A stretch of DNA of 39,122 nt, from NCBI GenBank assembly GCA_051006395.1, contig JBPCTG010000141.1:1-39122 (forward strand), in the 5' to 3' direction. This document shows positions 9,103-17,731 of this stretch, one piece after another; the first letter of the stretch is position 1; each line of letters opens with the position of its first letter. The stretch comes from Candidatus Limnocylindrus sp. Lineage in GTDB: Bacteria; Chloroflexota; Limnocylindria; Limnocylindrales; Limnocylindraceae. Both the position numbers and the translations under genes were made by a program. Below the pieces are notes generated by a model. That model did not search any database. It was given only the letters and a program-made list of their open reading frames with translations, and was not told the origin of the DNA.

Positions 9103-10004
9103 GGGTGGCGCGGCGCGGATATATCCGCGGTTAGATCAAGGTGCTCAGCGACCAACTCGTCGCTGCGAAAGAGTCGTGCCGCAAGCGCGGTGACCGCCGC
9201 GGCATCTCCAGTGGTGAAGATCTCGCGTGTGGGGGTGACCGCTACGTGCGCTGGCGCCTCGTGCCCGAGGCGACCGGCATCCGCTGCGGTGCCGCGCGTC
9301 GACCCCGGTGCGTCAAGGCGGTTCACTGCAACCAAATCGGCGAGTCCGGCGGCGGCCGCGGCGGCGGCATCAACGACCGCGACACTCTCGCCAAGGCCAC
9401 GAGCGATCGCCGCACGGATGAGCGGAAAGTGCGTGCAACCAAGGAGCAGCGTGTCGATCCTCCAGCCACCCGAGCTAGACCGGAGCGGTGCGAGCAGGTC
9501 GGCGATCGCCGCGTCGAGTCGCGGTGAATCGAGCTCCCCAGATTCGATGAGTGGCACCAACTCCGAGGCGGCGCGCTCCTCGATCGCCGCGGCGGGGCTC
9601 TCCTCTTTGATCGCCGCGAAGTAGGCGCCCGACTGCACGGTCGCCCTGGTTGCGAGGACGCCGATGTGACCCGTGCGCGTCGCCAGCGCGGCGGCGGTAG
9701 CCCCTGGTCGCACGACGCCAAGGATTGGCACGGTTGGGTGCCTGCGGCGCAGCGCCTGGAGCGCGACTGCCGATGCGGTATTGCAGGCAATGACGATCGC
9801 CTTCGCCCCGCGGGCGACAAGATAGTCGGCGATCTCTCCGGAGAAGGCGATCACCTCGCTCTCGGATCGCGTCCCGTACGGCGTTCGCGCGCTATCGCCG
9901 ACGTAGATCGTTGACTCGCCGGGGAGGCGTCGCCAGACCTCGCGGAGCACGGTCAGGCCGCCCACGCCGGAGTCGAAGAGGCCGATCGGCCGCGGATCAT
10001 TCAT
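9099..10004 (-). CDS. murI: Glutamate racemase
   Basis: IGLFDSGVGGLTV, PYG, IACNTAS and LGCTHFP motifs. Start trimmed to ATG 10004. Confidence 0.95.
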   Translation of the reverse strand: MNDPRPIGLFDSGVGGLTVLREVWRRLPGESTIYVGDSARTPYGTRSESEVIAFSGEIADYLVARGAKAIVIACNTASAVALQALRRRHPTVPILGVVRPGATAAALATRTGHIGVLATRATVQSGAYFAAIKEESPAAAIEERAASELVPLIESGELDSPRLDAAIADLLAPLRSSSGGWRIDTLLLGCTHFPLIRAAIARGLGESVAVVDAAAAAAAGLADLVAVNRLDAPGSTRGTAADAGRLGHEAPAHVAVTPTREIFTTGDAAAVTALAARLFRSDELVAEHLDLTADISAPRHP

Positions 10005-10767
10005 GTGTGGAGCGTAGCAACCAGCGCAGCCTCTCCTCGCCGCCACGCTCTTCGGCACGCTTGAGATTTGCAGCGTTCGCCGCGGTGAGCAGCTCCTCGG
10101 CACTCCAGGCACGAATGACGAAAGGCGGCCGCTCCGTTGCTGTGTCGGGCGCCGCGCCGCTCCGGCGATGGCGTACGGAGAGGAGCGCCACGGCGCGTCG
10201 CCCCTCTGGGTCCGGTGAGAGACGGCTCTCCCGACGCACGACGGCGCCGTCGCCATCAGTCCGCTCGATGTCGGTACCCCACTCTGGTGTGGCGGCAGCC
10301 GCAACGAGTAGATCAGGATCGATCCTCGTCGCGTCGATCCCAACGATGCCGTTCGGCGCAAGGTGAGCAGCGGCGCTGGTAAGGAGTGCAACGAGATCCG
10401 ACTCCTCGATGATCAGCGGCAGCAGGTCGCCTCCGATGATCACGAGTCCAGCGGCGAGCGGCTGTGCACTGCGCCACGTGCGAGCATCAGCAAAGACGAG
10501 CTCCGCCTTCGACAGTCGTTCGGCGGCGAGGGCGAGGGCCCCGCGATCGAGATCGACGCCGATCAGTGCGCGATCGGTCGCGCCAACCGCGCGCACGGCG
10601 GAGAGCAACCTTCCGCCGCCGCAGCCGAACTCAAGGATCGGTCCACTCGTATGCGCCGCCAGGTCGCGCCAGAAGGCGCGGTCGTCGTCTGCGCCGACAT
10701 CGAGGTCGCGCTCATCGGCGAGAAGCCGAGCGCGGACCTCGGCCGAGATCAGCGAGGCGCCTCCCAA
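9997..10767 (-). CDS. Class I SAM-dependent methyltransferase
   Basis: GPILEFGCGGGRL (motif I), GVDLD, FADAR and AAHLAPNGIV motifs. Start uncertain. Confidence 0.75.
   Translation of the reverse strand: MGGASLISAEVRARLLADERDLDVGADDDRAFWRDLAAHTSGPILEFGCGGGRLLSAVRAVGATDRALIGVDLDRGALALAAERLSKAELVFADARTWRSAQPLAAGLVIIGGDLLPLIIEESDLVALLTSAAAHLAPNGIVGIDATRIDPDLLVAAAATPEWGTDIERTDGDGAVVRRESRLSPDPEGRRAVALLSVRHRRSGAAPDTATERPPFVIRAWSAEELLTAANAANLKRAEERGGEERLRWLLRSTHE
10011..10016 (-). promoter_or_regulatory. Internal -10 element TACGCT, 6 nt before murI ATG
   Basis: Minus strand reads TACGCT-CCACAC-ATG; lies inside the 3' end of the methyltransferase gene. Confidence 0.55.
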
Positions 10768-11813
10768 CGGATGCGCTCCCCTGCCGCCTTGCGCTTCGCC
10801 AGCGCACTGATCACCTCGAGGGCGGCGCGGTTCGCAATCATCGCTGTCGACTCGGCCCAGTCGTATGGAGGCGAGACCTCGACGATATCCATTCCGGCGA
10901 TCGGAACGCGCGAGGCAATCTGTCGCAACGCTCGCAGCAGCTCGCGGCTGAGCATGCCGCCCGGCTCCGGAGTGCCGGTACCTGGGGCAAGCCCAGGGTC
11001 AACCACATCGATGTCGAGGCTGATCCAGATCGCGTCCGCTCCATCGAGCGCCTCGGCGATCGCATCTTGGATCACCGCCTCAGAGCCGCGCTCTTCAATC
11101 TCGGTCATGAAGTGGCTGCGCATCCCCTGCGCGCGCATCCATTCGAGCGTCTCGCCCGTGGGAAAGTAGCCACGAAGTCCAACCTGCACAAAGTTCTTGC
11201 CGAGCACCGCACCAGATTCGATCAGTCGACGCATTGGTGCGCCGTGGCTCGCGAGTGAGCCGTAAGCATCGGTCGCCGTATCAGCGTGCGCGTCGAAGTG
11301 CAGGATGCCGATCGTGGATGGCCAACGAAGTCCGGCGATCGCCGTTGCGTTCGGCCACGTGATCGAATGGTCGCCGCCGAGAACGATGGGGATCGCACCA
11401 GTCGATGCAACCTCGCGCACCTTTCGGTAGATCTCACCGTGGGCGTATTCAAGGCGACCCGGCACGACCGCCGCGTCACCCGCATCAACTGCAACCAGCT
11501 CAACGAACGGATCGACTCCGAGTTGCAGGGAGTGAAGCTGTCCGGTCTGATACTGCGCCTCACGGATCGCGCGGGGGCCGAAACGCGTCCCAGGGCGGTG
11601 GGTTACGGCATCGTCGAACGGCGCGCCGACGATGGCGATGTCGGCCTTCATGCGCGCGATCTCCTTCGGATCTTCAGTCCACGGAAGTTGCGCAAAGCTG
11701 ACGGGCCCGACATACGAGGGTCGATCGTTCGGATCGCGCGGCTGGCTCGGAGCGTCCCAGCCAAGTGCGGCAAGGGGCGCGGCGAATGGGGGTTGCTGTG
11801 GGCTCATATTCAC
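10749..11813 (-). CDS. speB: Agmatinase / ureohydrolase family protein
   Basis: GAPFD, RPGTRFGPRAIR, GGDHS, HFDAHAD, SHG, DIDVVDPGLAPGTGTPEPGG and VEVSPPYD motifs. Confidence 0.88.
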   Translation of the reverse strand: MNMSPQQPPFAAPLAALGWDAPSQPRDPNDRPSYVGPVSFAQLPWTEDPKEIARMKADIAIVGAPFDDAVTHRPGTRFGPRAIREAQYQTGQLHSLQLGVDPFVELVAVDAGDAAVVPGRLEYAHGEIYRKVREVASTGAIPIVLGGDHSITWPNATAIAGLRWPSTIGILHFDAHADTATDAYGSLASHGAPMRRLIESGAVLGKNFVQVGLRGYFPTGETLEWMRAQGMRSHFMTEIEERGSEAVIQDAIAEALDGADAIWISLDIDVVDPGLAPGTGTPEPGGMLSRELLRALRQIASRVPIAGMDIVEVSPPYDWAESTAMIANRAALEVISALAKRKAAGERIRWEAPR

Positions 11814-11909
11814 GCTCGTGCTACCTGCGCCGCCGGTTCGAGCCGACGTCCAGCGGGGCGCAGTGCCATCCTACCGTGCCGCCTTCGGTCGTGCGTGCCG
11901 GTATGCGCG

Positions 11910-12395
11910 CTACACGCTCCCCTCGTCGGAGCGGCTGAGCGCCACCTCGGCGATCACCAGGAGCACGGCTGCGATCGCGAGTCCCGTAAGGTTGCCGATC
12001 CCCGCGACGCGAAAGGCAACGTATCCGGCGACGAGCCCACCGAGAAGCGCGCTGCGACGTAAGGCGCGACGCCGACGGCCGCGCCACTGTCCTGGGTGAC
12101 GGCGGTACGACTCGACGAGGAGTACCGGCGCAATGAGTAGTGCAGTCGTTGTGCCGAAGAGAAGCGCGGCGCCGAGTGACGCGGCAGTGTCGACACGCGG
12201 GTCGACGTTGAGCACCACGGCGGTGGAGGCGGCGATGCCACCGACGGCGAGCAGCGCTGCGACACGAATAAGACGCTGATCTGCGTAAGGGATGCGTGGT
12301 GGCGGCTCATCGTGGCTCGCACCGCTCCCTCGCGGCGCGCGAGGGGCGGGCGGCGGAATCGGCAGTGGCGCCGTTGGCGGATGGCGCAGGCTCAC
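11910..12395 (-). CDS. Hypothetical membrane protein (about 4 TM helices)
   Basis: Four hydrophobic stretches with a basic loop (RALRRSALLG); GTGA overlap with the helicase stop. Confidence 0.7.
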   Translation of the reverse strand: MSLRHPPTAPLPIPPPAPRAPRGSGASHDEPPPRIPYADQRLIRVAALLAVGGIAASTAVVLNVDPRVDTAASLGAALLFGTTTALLIAPVLLVESYRRHPGQWRGRRRRALRRSALLGGLVAGYVAFRVAGIGNLTGLAIAAVLLVIAEVALSRSDEGSV

Positions 12396-15300
12396 GCTGG
12401 GCGCCCTGACGGTGCCTTCGACGCGGGGCAGATCTCGCGGTAGTCGCAGTAGGTGCAGGTCATCACAGCGGGAGTTGGTTCGATGTTCCCAGCGCCGATC
12501 CCCTCAGCGGCGACGAGGATCTTCTCGCGCGCGGCGGCGATTCGCTTCGGCTCGACGGGGACCGATACATTGCGACCGCTATCGAGGAAGCGAAGGCTCA
12601 CCTCGTCGGGGAGACGCCCCGTTGCAGCGCGCCAGGCGAGGGCGTAAATCTGCAGCTGCAGCGACTCGCGCGCGCGCTTCGTCGCCTTCTCCTCATCATC
12701 GACGCCGCCGCTCTTGTAATCGCTCACTGTCACCCACTCATCGTCACCGAGTGGCAACGTTTGCCGAACCAGATCCCCCGCGATCTCAACTTCGGGGATC
12801 GGCTTTCTGCGCTCACCTGCAGCGAGCGGTCGCACATCGATGCGGTCCCACCGACCGCGCACGCGGTGGCCGCCCACCTCAAACGAGAACTCCTTCTCCA
12901 CGTACGCCGGAGCGTGGCCAGTCGCAATCTCACCCTCACGGAATCGCGCGAGTGCCTCGCGCGCTGCGGTGAGGCGCGCCTCTTCGTGGGCACGGGAGAT
13001 AAAGCCGATGCTCTGCCAGCTGCGCTCCAGGGTCGCCTCGAGCGTCTTCAGTTCTGGCGGTTGGCCGGCCATCTGGCCACGATGGAACTCGGCGACGGCA
13101 ATGTGCAGGGCGGAGCCGTAGATCGCCGCATGGTGCGGCGGGAGCGGGATGCGCAACCGCTGCTGATAGTGGTAGCGAAGTGGGCAGGCGAGGTAGGCAT
13201 CGATCGCCGTGAAGCTGAGGGTGAGCGCCCCGCGCGCGGCGAGCGCATCGTCGCGACCTGCGACGACTGGTACTGGTGGAGTAGTCACCTCGAGTGCGCC
13301 CACGGGGTCGCGCCCCTCGCCGATGGCGGGAAGCTCTTCAAGTTGCGTGCGGCCGAGGTCGAGTGCCTCAGCGACGAAGCGACTCACCTTGCGCGGGCGA
13401 ACGCCCCCAGTTGCGCGCTCTGCGGCGCTCAGGGTGATCGCCTCGCGTGCGCGCGTGAGCGCGACGTAGGCGAGCCGCCGCTCTTCGCGCAGCGCCTCTT
13501 CGTCGAGCGCGCTCGGCGCATCGGCCACGCGTGGATCGCGCGGCAGGATGTCGTCGCCGCCGCCGAGCTCCGCGGCGAGCGCAAGTCGCGCGGCACGACC
13601 TCGCGCCGGGAACCTCCCCTCGACGAGGTTTGCGGCAAAGACGATGGGGAACTCGAGCCCCTTCGCCTGGTGGATGGTGACCAGCGCGACCGCGTCGAGA
13701 TCCGGATCTAGGTCGGCGGCTGACGGGTCGTCCCCCGCCTCGCCGAGCTCCTCGAGGTAGCGCACAAGGTACGGGGCGCGATCGAGCTCAAGGAGACGGC
13801 TGCGTGCTCGCACCACGTCGAAGAGTCGACCGATGTTGCGGATCTTCTCGTCAGATTCCGGGGTCGCGACGCGGGTTAGCTCCGACAACAGCCCGCTCTC
13901 GCGCAGCCAGCGATAGAGCACCTCCCCGCTGCTCCGCTCGACACTCTCCGCCACGAGTCGTGCGAGACGTTCGAGCAGTGATGCGGTCGGGAGATTCGAT
14001 TCTCCGGCGTGCTGCAGCGATTCGAGCAGCGAGCGGTGCTCGCGACGGGCGCGGCCAACGGCGGCGGCGAGGATCGCTGGCGGTACGCCGAAGCGCTGGT
14101 CGGCGGCGATCAAGAAGAGAGGGGCGGACGCGTCGGGGTCGGCGGCATGGCGAAGCCCTGCGAGGAGGAGGCGCACCTCCGGGCGGTCGTAGAGACCTGC
14201 GGCGCCGCTCGACCTCCAGGCGATCCCCGCCATGTTCAGGCTGCGGGCAATCTCCACCGTATCCACATTGGCACGCACCAGCACGGCATGCTCTTTCGCC
14301 TTGCGACCCGACGCGATCGAAGCCTTGATCTCCCCGGCGATCCAATCTGCCTCATCGCTGCTCGTACGGAATCGACGAAAGGCTACGGGCGGTGCATCGG
14401 CAGGCGAGCTCTCTGCGCTCAGCTCTTTAGGAATGCCGAGGCGTACCTCGAGTCGCTCTGGATCGTTGTACCGAATGAGGCGTCGCGCTGCGGCGAGGAT
14501 TGGGGCGCTGCTCCGATAGTTCCGCGTGAGCACCACCTTCGCCGTGTCGGGATAGCGGTCGACAAAAGAGAGGATGTTGCCGATCGCCGCGCCACGGAAA
14601 CGATAGATGGACTGGTCGTCGTCTCCAACGACTGTAAGGTTGCGGCGCCCTTGCGCGAGCAGGTCGACGAGCGCCCCCTGAAGTCGATTGGTGTCCTGAT
14701 ACTCGTCGACGAGGACCCAGCGGTGGCGCTCACGCACGCGTGCGGCCACGAGCGGATCGTCGCGGAGCAGCTCATAGGCAAGGAGGACCTGGTCGCCGAA
14801 GTCGAGCAATCCGAGCGTTGCCAAGAGGCGGCGGTAGGAGCGAAAGGCGGCGGCGAGTTCGCCGTGCTCGTCGCCAAGTTGGGCAAGCGCCGTAGCGTAC
14901 GCGGCAAGATCGCCGTTACCAGAGGCTTCGGCCTCTGCTGCGGCGTCGCTCGCGCGCTGTCGTAGATCGGCAGCAAATGCGTCGATACGATCGGCGTCGA
15001 CCGCCTCCTCCTTCGCTCGCGAAAAGTATCCGGCGATATCGCCAAGGAAACGTGTCGGATCTCCGAGAGGTAAGAAGCGCGAGAGGCCAAGGTCGAAGAG
15101 GTGCTCGCGCAGCAGCAGTACCACCTCAGCGCGACCGAGCACCCGCAACTCCCCAGAGATGCCAAGTCGGTGTGCGTTCTCGCGCAGCAGCTCGTCGCCC
15201 CATGCGTGAAAGGTCTTGATCGGCGACGTCGCGTAGCCGTACGGCACAAGCCGGTCGACGCGACTCTGCATCTCCTCGGCCGCACGATCGGTGAAGGTGA

Positions 15301-15574
15301 GTGCAAGGATCTGCTCGGGGGCTGCGCGCTTCTCGGCGATGAGCCAGGCGACACGGCGCGTGATCACCTGAGTCTTTCCGGTGCCGGCGCCAGCGACGAC
15401 CAGGAGCGGCCCCTCGCCGTGCGTTACCGCCGCGTACTGCTCATCATTCAGGTCGCGGAGAAGATGGGCGATCCCTTCGTCGAACGCTCGTGGTGCACGG
15501 ACCGACACGCCGGTCCACACGGGGATCTGGTCGATCCCCTCCCCATCGCTGCGTCGCGTCGTCCCCTTGCTCAC
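12392..15574 (-). CDS. UvrD/PcrA-type ATP-dependent helicase fused to a C-terminal PD-(D/E)xK (RecB-like) nuclease
   Basis: Helicase motifs AGAGTGKT, TFT, VDEYQD, GDDDQSIYRFRG, NYRS, TIHQAKGLEF and EERRLAYVALTRA; nuclease motifs GRWDRID, DYKSG and QLQIYA; Cys set CPLRY...CTYCDYREICP. Confidence 0.92.
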   Translation of the reverse strand: MSKGTTRRSDGEGIDQIPVWTGVSVRAPRAFDEGIAHLLRDLNDEQYAAVTHGEGPLLVVAGAGTGKTQVITRRVAWLIAEKRAAPEQILALTFTDRAAEEMQSRVDRLVPYGYATSPIKTFHAWGDELLRENAHRLGISGELRVLGRAEVVLLLREHLFDLGLSRFLPLGDPTRFLGDIAGYFSRAKEEAVDADRIDAFAADLRQRASDAAAEAEASGNGDLAAYATALAQLGDEHGELAAAFRSYRRLLATLGLLDFGDQVLLAYELLRDDPLVAARVRERHRWVLVDEYQDTNRLQGALVDLLAQGRRNLTVVGDDDQSIYRFRGAAIGNILSFVDRYPDTAKVVLTRNYRSSAPILAAARRLIRYNDPERLEVRLGIPKELSAESSPADAPPVAFRRFRTSSDEADWIAGEIKASIASGRKAKEHAVLVRANVDTVEIARSLNMAGIAWRSSGAAGLYDRPEVRLLLAGLRHAADPDASAPLFLIAADQRFGVPPAILAAAVGRARREHRSLLESLQHAGESNLPTASLLERLARLVAESVERSSGEVLYRWLRESGLLSELTRVATPESDEKIRNIGRLFDVVRARSRLLELDRAPYLVRYLEELGEAGDDPSAADLDPDLDAVALVTIHQAKGLEFPIVFAANLVEGRFPARGRAARLALAAELGGGDDILPRDPRVADAPSALDEEALREERRLAYVALTRAREAITLSAAERATGGVRPRKVSRFVAEALDLGRTQLEELPAIGEGRDPVGALEVTTPPVPVVAGRDDALAARGALTLSFTAIDAYLACPLRYHYQQRLRIPLPPHHAAIYGSALHIAVAEFHRGQMAGQPPELKTLEATLERSWQSIGFISRAHEEARLTAAREALARFREGEIATGHAPAYVEKEFSFEVGGHRVRGRWDRIDVRPLAAGERRKPIPEVEIAGDLVRQTLPLGDDEWVTVSDYKSGGVDDEEKATKRARESLQLQIYALAWRAATGRLPDEVSLRFLDSGRNVSVPVEPKRIAAAREKILVAAEGIGAGNIEPTPAVMTCTYCDYREICPASKAPSGRPA

Positions 15575-16074
15575 CGCGCTGCGCGGCGACTACGACGCTG
15601 TGGGAGTGCTTCGGCGACGGCCTGCTCCTCCTCGTCGCCCAAGAGCGTCTCCCCCTCGCCCTCGGTGATGCGCTTCACGTACATGCGCGTGCCGACGCGC
15701 GAGTGCAGCGAGGTGATCACCACGCCGTTCCCCGCATCGTCGAGCAGGGCGAGGGCGCTGCTTTGGCCGCCGCCAACATCGTCGAAGGCCTGGAAGTGGA
15801 TGAGGCCGACGCGGCGAACGGCGGTGGCGGTGAGATCTTCGAGGCTGCTGATCCTTCGGTTCGACTCATCGACGCGCTTCTTCAGGTGCGCCGCGGCCGC
15901 CACGACGGCAGGCAGGGCGCGTCCTGCGGCGGCTCGATCCCCCTCTTCCTCAAGGGAGGCGAGGAGGCGCTGAACAGCGGTTGCCCTGCGCCACGCTACG
16001 AGCGCGGCAAGTAGGGCGACGAGCCCCACGACTGAGGCGCTCACGGCGAGGATTTGCAGCGTCTGGCTCTCCAC
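15571..16074 (-). CDS. DUF4446-like membrane-anchored protein
   Basis: N-terminal TM and coiled coil, then VGLIHFQAFDDVGGGQSSALALLDDAGNGVVITSLHSR..TRMYVK, matching the DUF4446 pattern as I recall it. Confidence 0.8.
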   Translation of the reverse strand: MESQTLQILAVSASVVGLVALLAALVAWRRATAVQRLLASLEEEGDRAAAGRALPAVVAAAAHLKKRVDESNRRISSLEDLTATAVRRVGLIHFQAFDDVGGGQSSALALLDDAGNGVVITSLHSRVGTRMYVKRITEGEGETLLGDEEEQAVAEALPQRRSRRAAR

Positions 16075-16080
16075 GGCGCG

Positions 16081-16086
16081 ATCCTA
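16081..16086 (-). promoter_or_regulatory. -10 element TAGGAT, 6 nt before GTG 16074 (probable leaderless transcript)
   Basis: Minus strand reads TAGGAT-CGCGCC-GTG. Confidence 0.6.
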
Positions 16087-16184
16087 TCAGTCCCGCTCTC
16101 AGCCCAGCAGCGCCTGGTTCCGCATCGGTCGGGTATCCTCCACGCACAGCAAGACGGCACATTGCCGCACCGAATGGAGGCAGC

Positions 16185-16511
16185 ATGGCGAAGCTCCAGA
16201 AGCGTTTCCGGCCCGATCAGCGCCCAAAGCAGTCAAAGGGCACAGCGCCACGACGCGGCCTCACCGCCGCCGAGGAGCAGGCGGCCGCGCAGTTCGAGGC
16301 GAGCCTCGCCGCGCCAACCGTGATCACTGCCACCGCTGCGCCGATCGGCAGCCGCGCCGCCGCAACCAAACGACTCTCGGCAGAGATCGCTGAGGAGCTT
16401 CCAGTGGTGCGCCGTGACCTTCGCAGGATCGGTCTCACCTACGGGGCGCTCCTCACCCTCCTCGGCGCAATCTGGGTGGTCGCCACCAACCTCGGCATCA
16501 TCAACTCCTGA
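16185..16511 (+). CDS. Small hypothetical protein with basic N-terminus and C-terminal TM anchor
   Basis: GGAGG SD at 16176-16180, ATG 16185 (MAKLQKRF); VRRDLRRIG precedes one TM helix. Confidence 0.7.
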   Translation: MAKLQKRFRPDQRPKQSKGTAPRRGLTAAEEQAAAQFEASLAAPTVITATAAPIGSRAAATKRLSAEIAEELPVVRRDLRRIGLTYGALLTLLGAIWVVATNLGIINS

Positions 16512-16517
16512 TTCGCC

Positions 16518-17441
16518 TTGGCGCGAATCGTTATCGCCGAGCGCGTCGCCGCTGAGGGTCTCGCCCTTCTCAGCGACGCGGGACACGAGCTGTTCGACCT
16601 GAGCGGCGCAACCCCCGAGGCGCTGCGTGAGGCCCTCGCGACTGCCGACGCGCTTGTGGTGCGCTCGCAGGTCCGCGTTGACGCGGCGCTGATCGCCGCA
16701 GCACTGCACCTTCGCGTGATCGGTCGGGCAGGAGTCGGTACCGACAACATCGACGGACCGGCCGCAGCAGCGCGCGAGATTACCGTGGTGAATGCTCCCT
16801 CCGGCAACACGATCGCTGCGGCCGAACACACCATGGCGCTGCTGCTCGGCATCGCCCGCAACATTGCGCCGGCCGATCGCTCGATGCGCGATGGTGCATG
16901 GGAGCGAAAGGCGCTCCAGGGTTTTGAGCTGAGCGGCAAGAGCATCGGCATCGTCGGCTTCGGTCGTGTCGGTCGTGCCGTAGCGACTCGCGCCGCCGCC
17001 TTCGGCATGATCCCTCTCGCCCACGACCCGGTCGTCGGCGCGGCGGAGATCACCGCCGCCGGAGTAACGCCACTCACCCTCAACGAACTCCTCGCTCGTG
17101 CCGACGTGGTTACCCTGCACGCCCCCGCCGCGCGTGACGCAGCCCCGCTGATCGGTGCGCGCGAGATCGCGCTGATGCGTCGCAACGCCGTGCTCATCAA
17201 CGTCGCGCGCGGCGCGCTAGTCGAAGAGGCGGCGCTCGCTGCGGCGCTCGCCTCAGGTGCAATTGCAGGCGCAGCGATCGATGTGTTCAATAGCGAGCCG
17301 CCAGTCGGCTCACCGCTGCTCAGCGCGCCGCGCACGCTTCTCACGCCGCACCTTGGGGCATCGACCGCCGAGGCGCAGGTCGCCGTCGCAGTGGAGATGG
17401 CCGAGCGGATGATCCTCGCGCTCAGCGAAACGAGAGGCTAA
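16518..17441 (+). CDS. serA: D-3-phosphoglycerate dehydrogenase-like D-2-hydroxyacid dehydrogenase, without ACT domain
   Basis: RAGVGTDNID, NAPSGNTIAAAEHT, GFGRVG, INVARG, DVFNSEPP and TPHLGASTAEAQ motifs; only 307 aa. Confidence 0.8.
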   Translation: MARIVIAERVAAEGLALLSDAGHELFDLSGATPEALREALATADALVVRSQVRVDAALIAAALHLRVIGRAGVGTDNIDGPAAAAREITVVNAPSGNTIAAAEHTMALLLGIARNIAPADRSMRDGAWERKALQGFELSGKSIGIVGFGRVGRAVATRAAAFGMIPLAHDPVVGAAEITAAGVTPLTLNELLARADVVTLHAPAARDAAPLIGAREIALMRRNAVLINVARGALVEEAALAAALASGAIAGAAIDVFNSEPPVGSPLLSAPRTLLTPHLGASTAEAQVAVAVEMAERMILALSETRG

Positions 17442-17731
17442 TCGCCACCGCTCTTTGGGGTGCTCGGCGCTTTTGGTGTAGCCGGAGCGCTCGGCGTGGA
17501 GCTCGGGCTCGACGTTGTCTCACCTGAAGTTGATCCGCCCGACGGGCCAGAATCACCACGTCGGTCGAGCTTCGCCCAGCCGCTCCCCTTGAAGTGGATG
17601 CTCGTCGGCGCGTAGACGCGCTCAAAGCCGCCACCGCAGCCCTCGTGGGTCGCAGGACCCGGTGCGTCGATCGCCAGCAAGAACTCTTCAATGCGACCAC
17701 AGCGCTCGCAGCGAAAATCGTAGAACGGCAT
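17438..17731 (-). CDS. FmdB-family zinc ribbon protein
   Basis: [12 protein letters not shown]...HEGCGG...IHFKGSGW followed by a Ser/Pro-rich tail; TGATG overlap with valS. Confidence 0.88.
   Translation of the reverse strand: MPFYDFRCERCGRIEEFLLAIDAPGPATHEGCGGGFERVYAPTSIHFKGSGWAKLDRRGDSGPSGGSTSGETTSSPSSTPSAPATPKAPSTPKSGGD

Noticed and set aside
9099-10391. 430-aa MurI with N-terminal extension
   Set aside because: The extension overlaps the methyltransferase in another frame; family homology begins at ATG 10004.
12392-13250. Cas4 / CRISPR or defence system
   Set aside because: The Cas4-like domain is the fused nuclease of a UvrD helicase; I saw no repeat-spacer array or cas genes.
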